A stretch of 63,860 nucleotides of DNA, the filler included, from Perkinsus olseni (lineage: Eukaryota): NCBI GenBank assembly GCA_013115125.1. It is 3 parts of 3 records of this genome, joined end to end, with 100 filler letters (N's around TTAATTAATTAA, not from the genome) between each part and the next. Parts side by side here need not be neighbours in the genome. Positions count along the whole stretch, not along the records: positions 1 to 22,062 come from JABANN010000548.1; positions 22,163 to 44,197 come from JABANN010000549.1; 1 more part is not named here. One strand, given 5' to 3'. The notes under the pieces were generated by a model. That model worked only from the letters and a program-made list of their open reading frames with translations, searched no databases and was not told where the DNA came from. The position numbers and the translations under genes were made by a program. This document shows, piece after piece, positions 12,485-24,595 of this stretch; position 1 is the first letter of the stretch; every line of letters starts with the position of its first letter.

Positions 12485-12946
12485 TCATATCACGTTCGTC
12501 CAATTGAACACTACCATGGCGCTCTCTACTGGTGTACCGAGTACACTTGGCACAACACTATCGTTCAGGTACTCTAGTTTCCCAGCCAAGTACGTGAAGT
12601 CGCCCTTTTCCAAACGCAGACGCGGGCACTTCTCACGCACCTCCGCAACGAACGCATCATAGTGGCCGCCGAAGTCGATTTTCCGAACCTTCCATCCGTT
12701 CATGACGTGACCATCCACGTCGATGTGGGCACCAGTTGAACAGACGACATCCACGTAGGCGACAGTCGACCCATCCGCTCTGCCGAGGAGGGCAAGGACG
12801 ATCTCGGCTTCATTCCTGATTGTTGCCTTGTATTCGACCTCGAAGGTCGGGTTGGATGATCCGAGCTTCCCTGAACTAGCGAGGACCGGAGCCAGGACGA
12901 ACAGTCCCCTGAAGAGCGCCGACGATAGGTGTGAAGGTGAGACCAT
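12485..12946 (-). CDS. Small secreted protein, single exon, same two-Cys family as 944-1402
   Basis: Signal peptide-like N-terminus (LFRGLFVLAPVLAS) and motif IDFGGHYDAFVAEVREKCPRLRLEKGDF. Confidence 0.7.
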   Translation of the reverse strand: MVSPSHLSSALFRGLFVLAPVLASSGKLGSSNPTFEVEYKATIRNEAEIVLALLGRADGSTVAYVDVVCSTGAHIDVDGHVMNGWKVRKIDFGGHYDAFVAEVREKCPRLRLEKGDFTYLAGKLEYLNDSVVPSVLGTPVESAMVVFNWTNVI

Positions 12947-13649
12947 CCGACAAGGATGAACTGAAGCGGGACGTCTCCATTCCTATAAGGATATCCTCGA
13001 GCTCGGAACTCGGTCTGCTAATGGAATTAGGACCGCCCGAACGGCATTCTCGAAATGCTCAGACTATTGGACATAAGGGCGGGCGAGATGACGGCATCAG
13101 TGGTGACCTTCGATCCAAGATAGGAGACCACGGGGAACCGCGGGGAAGGGTTGAGGTGTAGCGACCCTGCTGAGTTGTAAACTGTACTTTACGCTAGGCA
13201 TGCACCAACACTAGGAGTAGCCGCCAGTGCCACTGGCCCAGTGGCGGGGTCAGGAGAGGTTTCATCCTTGCTCGTCGTAGAACTTTCGTGAACTGAAGTT
13301 TATATCCTGGTATATTATAGTTGTAACGCGTCACACGGAAGCGCTCCCGAACTCGTGCTAAGCACAGCGCAGAGGGTTGCCTGAAAGCTATACCATTAGC
13401 GCTTCAGCAGAGCTCGGAGGCATTGCTCATGGGCGGGGTGCTGAAGTGGGTGCTAATTGCGGGACAATGTCCCCGGGACACCGCGGCCATCGACCCAGCA
13501 CCGCATTAGAATTTCCATATCGTTCGCTAGAGTATGTTGAACACGCTACCTCTCTGCCACAAACTACTCTCGTTCACTACAAGCCTAGTGTAGTTATGTT
13601 GCGTTCTACCACTACATTCCCTACAGTTCGATACTACACATCATCAGTC

Positions 13650-16600
13650 ATGGACCATCATAACAGACCTTCTACTCCATCTATGACTCTGGGTTCTCTG
13701 AAGGAGAATGATGAGGTTTCTGTAGCCGAGGCCTTGGCCGACGGAGACGAGGCACTCGATTCGGACAGGCAAGAGTCCGCGGCCACAACGTAACGTACTC
13801 TCTCAGAGAGAGTCTCTCTGATGCTCCCTGTCCTTCTGTGGAGTCGACCCCAGCCTCTGCCTTCCATTAACTTAGCGTTGACTTCCAACGCCTCCGGAGC
13901 AGCAATTTTCTAAGTGCGAGCAGTAGCTGCCTTAGCCATCAGCACAGCGAATCTTCTGGGATCACCCCAGCAAAAAGCCGCGATTTTTTAATTTTTGAGT
14001 GGTTTTAGTGAAAATAGTGTCGCTAGTTGGGCCTGTATCCGAGGTCGACTCAGGCAATCCGCAGACAAGGATGCGAGCAGCGAGCCGAGCGCAGTGTCGT
14101 CCGAGGGTCGGAGGCTCCTCAGTAGGTGTCCAACCTGCGGTCTCCTTAGCTGCATGAATCTCTCTCAGTCCAGAGTTCGACCGAACAAAGGGACTCGCAT
14201 GACGACTACGTCTGCCACTTACCACACTTTATTGACCGCCTCCTTCTAGAGCAGTAGTGGAGCATCTAAACCTGACAGCCCGACCCACCAGTACCTCTGG
14301 CAGGTACCTTGAGCGAGAGTTCCTCCTTCGACTACCCTTCATATTCTGGCTACCCATTCTACTCGTATTAGTCACCATGGAGTTCCCCACTGGGATAATG
14401 TCAGCTGCGCCGTGGGAGCGCCATCTGACGCTCCTCCCAGGTTTGAAATTCACAGCAATCTTCGGAATCACCTAGGGCTGGATGATGTGGCTGAAGCCAC
14501 TACCACTGACGCCATATATGACTTTCTGGGTGGCACCTTCCTTCCCGGCGTGGGCGAAATGAACCCCACCGACAGTCAATTCGTTGAAAGCAGCGTTCGT
14601 GACGGTGAGCAGGCAGGTGCTCGTCCACGGCGGCCGTCTTCTCTCCGTTGTTTGTGTATCTATAGTGGGCGCCACTTCGTACCAGACGAAATTCTTTGTC
14701 GAAAGACTCGAGGAGTTGCGTCTTTTACGGTACGCCCGTCAGACCGAGTAGCATTCTATTGGCAGCAATACTGCAAACTTTCTGAGGGACGCTAATGCCT
14801 GTGTCAGGGTTCATCCAGTTGAATCAGAAGAAAAGATACCGCCAAGCAACAGCCCTGACAACATACCCTGTTCTCTACATAGTAGGCCATCTGCCGAGTC
14901 CTCGGGGGCCTATCGAACCGTCCAGGTCCGCGGGCCAGACTCCACCGGCAAATGCGATGACATTGGAGATTTCGGCCGCGCGTAGAAGCACCACCATGTA
15001 CCCTCGCCAAGGCCACCCTCCCCGCAGATATCAGAGCTTCTTCTGGGATTTCTATTACTGCCATCTGCTGCCTGCCAGCCCTGTCGAAGAGAGCGCCTCT
15101 GCGTCTAACACTACGGGAAATACCACGGCCACTGGGTGAGGCTTCTCGGAGACGTCGAGTCCTCTCGGTTACTGGTTTCGTTAGCAGCTTCCGGTGCGGC
15201 GAAGATCCGACCGATTTGCCCGACTTGCTCCAGTGCTTTGACAAGAGCTCCGATGCTGGTCAGAGCTGGACGTTCTCTCATGCGAAGGCAGGTGTCTCGT
15301 CGTAGATACTCTCCCGACTTACCAGTCTAGTTGGCCCGTACAGAACTACATAGCTGAAGTGATGGTGAAGTCCGGTGTCACCAGGCTGGCAGCAGTCGAC
15401 GTGGTGAGCCTCCTCGTCATCTCTGGTTAATTACTGTTTCTTACTGATTATTACTAACTATAATTACTGGTTGTTCTCCTCCTAAGGCTCCCACGACCGA
15501 CCGTATTGAGTTCTACCGAGCCAATGGATGGATAGATGGCTCGGCGTCCGCAGTAGGGACTATCACTACTTTCTACACCCCAGTCGCCGACATCTACACC
15601 TTCGTCTCTGTGAGCTGCGCGAGGGAGGGCTGTTAACCATTTGGGAACTCAAGTCTATGGTTGAGTGGAATCCTGAGAATCTGTTTACAATAACACTGAC
15701 AAAGTCGTCCACTAGCGTCTGAGCTAAGCCGAGCTTCCATAGTTGTGCGCTTGCGCAGCTACAAGGGCGTCCCCGGTCCCACCACTGAAGATGGCAGTCA
15801 GGTGTACTACGAGATCGGCGCTGTTGGACATATTCAAGGCGCCGTGTATTTGAACTCCTTTAAGGACGTCGCTCCCCAATGTGAGGGAAGGTCGTTTGTT
15901 GACTGCCGATGAGACCCCTGTCCAGCGATGTGGCTGGTCGGCATGCTGCTTGCTATCGGACTTACTCTACTGCAGACAGGAATCGACATGTTTCGAGCGT
16001 TCCACCCGGGCTACCTCGCCCGAGGAGTCGGTATGAAGGAGTACCTTCTAGGTGGGTGTAAAGGGCTGCTTTCTCAGCTCAAGGCTCGCCACAGGGATGC
16101 ATGCTGTTCATCTGGGTGGTCCGCCGCCACAGACCAGCCAACCCACCGACAAGAACGGCACCGTCGTCGCCCCAGAAGAGCACACAGTAGGCTTGCGCCC
16201 CTTGTATGAGTGCAACCAGTTGTTAGACCTCGGCCAGTGATGAATATTATGAGGCAGTGCGGAGAAGAAAACGAAACCTTAGACGGTCGGCGGTAACGCC
16301 CTCTCCTCGTCTTTCGAGCAAACTAAGCTCCCTCTCTATCAACAGGTATTCGAGTCCTTGAGTGATCTCTTGGTGCTGTCCACTCTGGTGCTCAAGTTGG
16401 CCGCCTACCTTCCTTCAGTTGGGTTGACGGTAAGGGAAGTGAGCTGGCGAGCAGTCAGTGTCAGTTTATCAGGTGCCCTCTTTCCTTGGCACTCTTGAGT
16501 TCTCTAAAGTGGCCTTGAGTCTACTTAGCTGGGACCCTCATAACGAGACGGGACAGTACTTGACTGAGCTACTCAGGGCGTCACAGATTGAGACGTAGGC

Positions 16601-17784
16601 CTGTTGTCAGGAGAATGGAACATTTTACGTTTTTTCTATCAGATTGGCGGACAGCCTTCGCACGCTGACGATGGTCATCCTATGCCTCTGCTGCAGCCGC
16701 TTCGTTTTCTTCCTGGCCACCCATCCGAGAGTCGCCATCCTCGCTGAGACGGTCAGGTCCGTTTACTCATGCTAGTCTCGCTCAACTGATTTTCCTCGAC
16801 AGGATCGGCTCGGACGATATGTTCCACTTTTTCATCCTTTTTGCAACGCTCTACTCACTTCTCGCCTTCCTCGCTCGCTGGGTTTTCGGCGACTCCCTGG
16901 CCCAGTTCAAAAGCTTCAACGACGCCCTCTATACGCAGGCAGGCCCTTTCCGGTAGCTCTCTGCTCGGTTGAGAATACCCTCAGTTTCAAATGCTCATCG
17001 GAGAGTGGCCCTTCGACGATTTCGACGGGTATGAAAACCAAGGCGTGATGGTCTTCTATATGATTGTGTTTGGAGTCGTTATGTTCTTCATGGTCCTCAA
17101 CTTTTTCCTGGCTATTGTCGTGGACAGCTTCGAGTCAACCAAGCAGGAGATCGAAGAGTAAGGTATCCAATTCTGGGTGTCGACTATGAGAGGTTCGTGA
17201 AGCAGAGCGTTTGATGAACCATGCCTTGGCGACCGGGCTCTGAGGAGAGTTCGATCGTCACTTCAGATAGCCGGAAAACTGCGTTTACGATGGAAAACTC
17301 TCGGGAGGAAAATACCATCGTATCAGGACGAATCCCAACACCAATACGATAGGCAAAGAAACGGTTGGAGAATATATTGATTCAGAATCGAACTCATTTC
17401 ACTGTTACTACTGTAGCAAAGCCGGGGTTGTATCGATAGCATTTGAGAAAGTGCATGAACAGATACAAAGTTGAGGGATCTCTATTCTCTGACGTCTGGC
17501 ACCTTATGGTCCAGTTCGCCATGAGACACGTAGGCCGGCATCCCAGCTCATCAGCAGCCCTCATTGTCAACTCCCCCTCGCAGACGCGGCAATGGCCTTC
17601 CCGAGCACTCTACATCGAGAGGCTCTCAAGGTTCCGAGAAGACGCGGCGCGACAAGTAGGGTATCCTGAGAGGTGGACGCTACCGTCTTGCCCTTAGACT
17701 GGCGCTGCAGTTCAAGACGAGAGCGGCACTGTGGTGCAAACTAGCGAAACTAAGAGGGTGTCGTTGGAGAAGTTCAAAACGTAG
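13650..17784 (+). CDS. Polycystin-2 (PKD2/TRPP)-like cation channel, multi-exon; ends approximate
   Basis: Spliced S4-S6 region RFVFFLATHPRVAILAETVR...DMFHFFILFATLYSLLAFLARWVFG...FKSFNDALYTQFQMLIGEW...FFMVLNFFLAIVVDSF matches the PKD channel pattern. An N-terminal TM is followed by a large loop (DAIYDFL). Confidence 0.8.
15631..15740. repeat. Dispersed ~100-bp repeat, copy B, apparently intronic in the PKD2-like gene
   Basis: Direct similarity to 11310-11404. Confidence 0.85.
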
Positions 17785-18342
17785 GCTGCCTCCGCCAACT
17801 TCTCAACTCTCTGTCGCTATACCTCCCCTCAATTATTCAATAGTTCCTTTACACATGGTTGTCCCTCTATCATATTCATCATCGAGTATTGATATGAATA
17901 TTGGTATCACTTAATAGTTGTTTATCCCTGTAGTGGTTGGCTCGCGTCCTCAGCGTCGCTGAGTCAGCGAAGATACCCTCGTAGTCTGTTTACCAAGGCT
18001 CATGGCAGGTACTTCAACTCGCCCGCTGAGAGGGAGGGGGTTGAGAGTATGTTTCTATACTATCACAGCCACTTCGCACAAGATACGGAAGATTTTCTCC
18101 ATCCTTTGTTCGGCAGATCACAGAGCGTGAAAATCCAGATGGCATCAGCAGTACGACCTAGTCGTCCTCGAAGGGAGAAACTCTCTGTCCACCTACCAGG
18201 TCCAAGATATTGGGTCCTTGGTCACGAGCATAGCAGTTGAGACAGACCAGTTCATGACTGATATCAGAGATCGTGTGGCGATGATCTCGCAGAACAGTAA
18301 GGTTCCGGCTGGCGTTTAATGGCCTAAACTAATGCAGCTCGC

Positions 18343-21300
18343 ATGAGGATGAGATGCGAACATACCGTCGATGCAGAAGCGGCCTTCTTGAGACTTATCT
18401 ACTAGCACCAGCACTGTCATCAGTACCTCACTACAATAACAGGTGCTAATATGGTTACAGAAATCACTAAGGAGAAGCAGGAAAAGGCACGCTTGAAGGC
18501 AGACTTGGCCGTTGCCCTAGAGACGATACGGCATGTGGGTCGCCGTTCGGGAGATGCTTCAAGACTTGACTGCTCCCGCTCAGTTGGAGCAAGAGAACGG
18601 GCAGCTCCGGAAGCGATTGGATGGTGGTGCTGCTGCTGCAGGGGGAGCGGGCGGTGAGCTCTTCTTCGAGTAACAACATCATCTGATACCATTTCTCAGG
18701 GGCGGATAATATCAATGAGATCGTGGACCCGATCGAGAGAAAGTTGGCGGTGTTGGACGGTGTTATCAAGGCGATCAACAAGCAGAGAGCACTCTTTGCT
18801 TCGAGGGTCGCTGGCAATGTGTGGTCTCTCTTCTGGATCTCGCCGTTGAAAGGACAATTCGCCATGACTGACAGGCTGCTCAGTCAGTCGATCTCGGGAC
18901 TTGTTTCTTGCTCTTCCGCTGAACAGCCTGTGTGATTTCGAGAGAGCTCTCAACGATCGTCTCTTACCCAAGTCGATCATCCAATATCATCTTGCGAGCC
19001 TCGCGAAGGTCAGGACTCGACGGCCCTTTCTTAGTTGCCGCTGCCAAAGCACACTCTGGAGGCGATCTCGACAGGCGTCACGTTTGGGGTGGGCTGCTCA
19101 CCATCACTAGAAACAATGATGATCGCTGGACCAGGTGCCTCATCCTGATCAAGGCCTGCCCCCAGCTCTGCCGCCAAGCGTGACGGCGAAACGGCGGCGA
19201 CAGAAGGCCCTTTTGAAGGCGACAAGGAAGGGACAACGGCCGATGCAGCAGAAGAAACCTGTATCGTTATCACCGAAAAGAGTGCTCAGCTTCACTACGA
19301 AGTGACCCAGCTCGGCAGGGATACGTTCAGATGATGGTGCCCGACCGCGCGGAGACAACCTTGCAGAGACCTAGGTCTGCTTCCCCAGTGGGGGGCAGCG
19401 AGTTGGCATCTGGCATTGGACGGGAGACGGCCGAGGTCAAAAGGTAAGGAGAGCTCCTTGCGCGAGGATGGCTAATCGAGTGCTCAGATCGGTCCGTGAG
19501 CCAGAGCGGACAGAGGAAGAGAACATTCCTGAGGGGCTGCCGGACACCACCTCTCGGCAATTTCCTGGCGAAGTCATTCTTTACATCATGTGGTTGACGC
19601 CAACATCAGCATCATTCAGGCGGATGCCGAGGCCCCTATCGAACTACCCCAGAATGATGGCGGCATGGACGAAGAGGGCCCCTACCGCTACCACAGACAG
19701 CGTCGAGATGGTCGTCACGACTACAACCCTGATCGCCGCCTCCGCGCTGGAGAGTGGGTCGGGAGTCCCTACAAGAGCGATAGTCACTATCTGTCTTGAA
19801 TAGAGATACCGCTGTGTTCCTTTTTAGAGCGGACCTCAGCCGTGCAGCAGCCGATGCTCCTATGGAGGTCGTAGATGCGATCGCGGGCTCTACGTGATCG
19901 TTCTTGTTGCAGACCCAATCCGATGGTGAAGAGGCTCATGTTCCTCCAGAGGCTGTTGTTGCGGACCCCGAGTGTATTGGTATCAGACTCCCCTTGACCC
20001 CCGAGGGCTACCACACTCTAATGCAACAGGCGAGGCTTTGCAACCGCTTTGCTCGGCACATCATCGAGAGGGTCAGATATACCGTTTCCAGTGCACAGAG
20101 TTCCAACTGCTTTCCTTCGTGGATAGACTGGCTAACAGCATCAACCTCGACATCATCGACCATGACGCGGCTCATGAAACTGTGATGCCGCAGACAGATG
20201 GTTGCACCTCTATGAGTCGTGTAGATATCGGAACTCTTCGCAAACATGAAGGAACCCGTCCGAGGGGAAGCCAGTCGAAGCTTCGCCCGCCTCCGAGACT
20301 TAGTGACCGATGCCCCATGGACCAAGCGGAAGGGAAAAACGTTTCTCTAGAAAGACGCTGATGTTGCATTCTGAAGGAGAGGGGGCTCGATGCTTGGACG
20401 CAAGAATGGGCAATAAGGTCTTCGCACGTTGAGCCGCTCTGGAGCAGGAGTTTGCAATCTTTATATCGCTGATCCCATCTTGCCCTGATATAAAGCTAAG
20501 CTAGATAAGCGTTGATGATGCGAAAACAATAGGCCAAAGATAGGATCCCAGAGGGCAAAACTCGGGCGCTGTGTTCTCGTGTAGCCAGTCTCTTCACAAG
20601 CTCCCCACGACTCCTCTACACTCTCCGCTTCAGTTTTCCTCACCGCATGCCAGGCATCATCTGCTCCCTGAGTGATCTGGTTGAAGAGCTCGACAACTTC
20701 GTGTGGCTCCACAGGCTGAGTGACGCCCTCGATCAACAACTCCGTTACTCATATCCCGCTCATCTCACCCACAAACTCCTACGCGACTGCCGCTACATGG
20801 CTGGTCACCAGTCCAACAGCGAAGACAGCGAGAATTTCCTCATACGGTGGCTAGAAAATGGAGGGCACCTCACCCAGCGTTGGTCGCCTCCCTTTGTCGG
20901 CGTTCTCCCGTGGCTACTGGATCTACCCGAAGAAGACCGCTTTGGTGTTCTGTCTGGCATGAGTCTGGGCCATATTGATATCCTCATCACCGAGTTCTGC
21001 CGCAAGGAGAGACTCGACGGTTCTGCCACTGCCCGTCTCCGTCACGAGCTTGCTTATGATGCTGCCCCTCATGAGATTTACCGGGTTGTCGGAGCGAACT
21101 CAGGCGGTCCAAATTCGATGGCGGAGAGGCTGTATAGACCGAGCGAGGGCGAGATGGATGACGGCGGGCCGGAACAACAGAGCTTGGACGCTCCCTCCTA
21201 TCGGTCAGTGCAACTGAAGCCCCGTTCTGGGGGGATCGCGAAACCTCCCCGCGCGTACAGGAAGAGGGGCTCGAAGGCGAAGGCTGCCCAGTTCAAGCAG

Positions 21301-21492
21301 GGCTACAACTCCCAAGGGAAAGGCGTCCCCCGGGGGCGATCCTCCTGCCCGCCTCACGGTGTTGAGTTCCGTGTACAGAAGACCAGCGTCGTTGACGATG
21401 GGAGGCTGCTGCTTACTCGAGTAAAGTCCGAAAGCCCCGAACGATGTCCTCGGCGTGTCTGGTGGGAGCGCGTGGATAGTCACAGCAGTTAA
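18343..21492 (+). CDS. Hypothetical multi-exon protein(s) with coiled-coil N-terminal part; start uncertain
   Basis: Chain of + strand ORFs separated by short GT-AG introns, ending in the 281-aa ORF 20647-21492. No family recognised. Confidence 0.4.
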
Positions 21493-22062
21493 TAGGAAAG
21501 GCCGGACATTCTGATCTTCTGTGGAGGCCGCCGATTATGACGAGTGTCCACGCCGATTGAATGAGGATGATTTAGTGCTACATTTGGGTGTTCAACCGTA
21601 TATATTATCTTGTTCGCACCATGCAAGCTTACATGCACAACGCACCGGCGGGAAGTGTATATAACCATTTACTGTTGATTTGTCCCCTTTGTACTGTACA
21701 TTAATTAGGTTAACAGTCGTAAGAAAATGAGTATTTTCGCCTACGAGCTTCTTGCTGTTGTTTTGAGTGCAATGTGGTCTGTGAATCCCCTAGAAAACTA
21801 GGGTCAAACGGTCAAACGTCTGGCTTCGTTTTGAGCTCAATAACAGCAACAACCACAGCATCACCTTCGTACGACAATTCATGTCTGAACCGGCGGTCCT
21901 CCTCATCTTCGCCGCCTTGATCAAGTTGGTGGTAAGTAAAACGCTCTACTTCCCTCGTCAGCTGCATCGCTCCGCTCCTTTCAGATGGAAACAGTTGAAG
22001 GAAAACCAAGATGACCAAATTAGACAGGAGGCCGAGCTTGCCCGACGAGGCTCAGACCAGGG

Positions 22063-22162
22063 NNNNNNNNNNNNNNNNNNNNNNNNNNNNNNNNNNNNNN
22101 NNNNNNTTAATTAATTAANNNNNNNNNNNNNNNNNNNNNNNNNNNNNNNNNNNNNNNNNNNN
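22063..22162. other. Assembly gap with artificial TTAATTAATTAA six-frame-stop linker
   Basis: N44-TTAATTAATTAA-N44, identical in form to 44198-44297. Confidence 0.97.
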
Positions 22163-22399
22163 TCATCGTTGCACTCTGGTCCCTCCTTGGCTATGATAAC
22201 AAGGTCGGCCAAGTGAGATGATGTAGTAGACTGGCTCTCACTGGCTTTCACGTAAGGCGAAATATGAGCGAATGAAACCAAGCTATTGCAGGAACGTCTG
22301 AGCGTCGACCCTAACCACATCGAGCCCCGTTGCATCGAAGAGGGTGATAAAAAAACCACCGTTGGAGTCGAAATCACTGAACTACGGCGAGTGAATATA

Positions 22400-22481
22400 A
22401 TCCAGCGCCAGGATTCGAACCTGGATCTCCCGCTTGTTTAGTGAACGGTGCGAGTGTTCTGACCTTTTAGACTACGCCGGA
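22400..22481 (-). ncRNA. tRNA-like gene (Asp/Glu/Gly-like body) with 16-nt anticodon loop, copy 1
   Basis: Acceptor TCCGGCG/CGCTGGA, A-box-like TAGTCTAAAAGG, anticodon stem CTCGC/GCGGG, T arm CCAGG-TTCGAAT-CCTGG, loop ACCGTTCACTAAACAA. Confidence 0.7.
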
Positions 22482-22628
22482 GTTGCTTATTTGTTTCGAT
22501 CGCGGGGGTCCTCTGGTAACCCCAGCCTTGTGTGTGTCAGTGTAAAGCCCAACGCCGTCGCCGGCTTGATTTGACTTGATGCCGATGTGCTAGGAACTTA
22601 ACGATGAGCTCTCTGTTGCATTATCTAG

Positions 22629-23918
22629 TTAGCCCGAACCCAGCCTTGTCGTGTTAGAAAAAGCGGATGAAGCTACATGGTTCATTTCGGTTCGTGGGTA
22701 GAGGTCCGAGGACAGGATCTTGACGACTGCTTGTGAGTCGGTAAAGTCCCATTCCTCGTCGGCTACGGTGGCAAGAATCCACTGCACAGCTTTGTAGTAA
22801 AGATCTGCGAAGAGGATCTGTGAAGATTTACTGCGCAATCAGTGATGGGTGCATAGGGGGCCAACCTCAAACACCGCGAGTGAACCTACACTCCTTTCCG
22901 TGGGGCCGCCGTAGAGGCGCCTGCTCTTCGATCCAGTATCAGCGGACCGCCCTGAGGGGCGTGTTGTGAGATGGGAGCGCTTGCGTGGCCATTTGTACAA
23001 ACCGCTTTACTCTGCGCAATCGTCGTTATCATCCTGGCCTTCCACCGAGATACAGAGAAGGCCTCTCCATCGCCGCACTGTATCAGTGCGGTCTGGCCCG
23101 CTGTGGGATTCCATCCCTCCGACCCGAAGGACGCGTTCCAGGGCAGCCGTGTCCCCGAGTACCATTGTGTAGCTTGAAATGAGCTGGCCTGTCTTGGCAG
23201 GGAATGAAACACCCGACGATGCTTGCGAGGGTCTTCACGACATCTATATGGACGCACGAAATGAAAGAAGACAGCCGTCGTCGAAAAGTAAGAGATGGGA
23301 GAAGGCCAGACAGATGGACATGTCCCATCTGGCGGCGCTAGGCGAAGTTCTCTCGAAGATCAACGCCGAAGCATGTCTTGGTGGCTGAACTCTTCCGCCG
23401 GTATCAACAGTAGCCAGCTGAGCTGGCCCAGCTCGCTCTGCCCTCCGCTGGTGGTGATCCGAGAATCGCGACCCATTGGTAACTGTAATTAAGGATCTCC
23501 TTTCTGCGGCTCGCACGATAGTCTGTGGGGTCGAACAAATTCACTCCGGCGACAGCGCCATAATATATGACCATGCGCCCACACTGGCGCGTCTTTTCTG
23601 CCGCGGACCAGCACGGCTGAGAAGAGCCATGTCCGTCACTGCTTGCAGACAAACCCACGACTCCATCCAGCACCAGGGAAGGTGACAGGCGGAGTGTCAT
23701 TTGATGTATATACGGCGCTCACAGACTTGAACAGACCTGAACTTTGATGCTCTCAGGAAGGCCAGCATGGAGTTCTTGACCAGGGCTCCTTCAGTTAAGC
23801 ATTCTCGCTCTGGCCTGGATATCGGCACTTCTGTAAGGACACAGCAGTGCGGGAACGCCATCGTTTCTAGGCGTGTAATGCGGCGCCCTTGAGCAGAAGA
23901 CGTAGCTAACTGTACCAT
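22629..23918 (-). CDS. Hypothetical multi-exon protein between the two tRNA-like copies
   Basis: Series of - strand protein-like ORFs with short introns, ending ...ILFADLYYKAVQWILATVADEEWDF...LGSG*. Confidence 0.4.
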
Positions 23919-23972
23919 TAACTGGTCAGTGTATGAAGGACACTTCCAAAGAATTAACGGCGGATAGATACG

Positions 23973-24054
23973 ATCCAGCGCCGGGATTCGAACCTGGATC
24001 TTGCGCTTGCTTAATGAGCGATGCGAGTGTTCTGACCTGTTAGACTACGCCGGA
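23973..24054 (-). ncRNA. tRNA-like gene with 16-nt anticodon loop, copy 2
   Basis: Same 81-nt cloverleaf as 22401-22481 with loop ATCGCTCATTAAGCAA. Anticodon stem and T stem each carry mismatches. Confidence 0.65.
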
Positions 24055-24595
24055 GTTAACTTCTAATACCGATCGTGGGAGTCCTTTCGTAAGACGCTTC
24101 TGCGAGCTAGCGCCAAAGTAACTCTTGTTGGGTCTTTTTCTTCTCGACTTATCACCAGAATCTTCGACTTCTTCCAAGCTCATCCTTGGCGCGCTGTTGA
24201 AGTGGACAAGATTCGCTTCGGTCAGTTCCTTTCCGACCACAAAATTTTCAATTTTCCCGTGCGCCCATCATAATGTCATTTGGGCCCTCGCGAGCGTAAA
24301 TGGGCGTTTGCGTCCCTACCAAGACAGGCCACTGTAAGCAGCTCAGTTTTTCGAAGAATGTTCTCCCCTCTTGCCTTGTCGCGCTTCATTTGCGGTCATC
24401 TGGATAGGACTTCTTGTTCTCCTCTAATCTCACTCAGAGAAGCAACCCAACAGTCAAATCGTCCAGAAAACAAGGGAGTCACCAATCAATCCTGCGGCTA
24501 GGCACAGACGCTAAAATGACGCTTATCGCCACGTGATTATTCTGCGACTTTAAAACGTGAGAGAAAAGGTGATGAGCAGTACAACAAAGGAATAC

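Noticed and set aside
21881-22062. Small gene with a GTAAGT intron
   Set aside because: Truncated by the gap; too little sequence to define a start or product.
22063-22162. TTAATTAATTAA palindrome as a biological site (also at 44242-44253)
   Set aside because: Centred in symmetric N runs at both loci; an artificial contig linker.
23049-23060. U6 snRNA ACAGAGA box (GATACAGAGAAG)
   Set aside because: No flanking U6 sequence; it lies antisense within a probable coding region.
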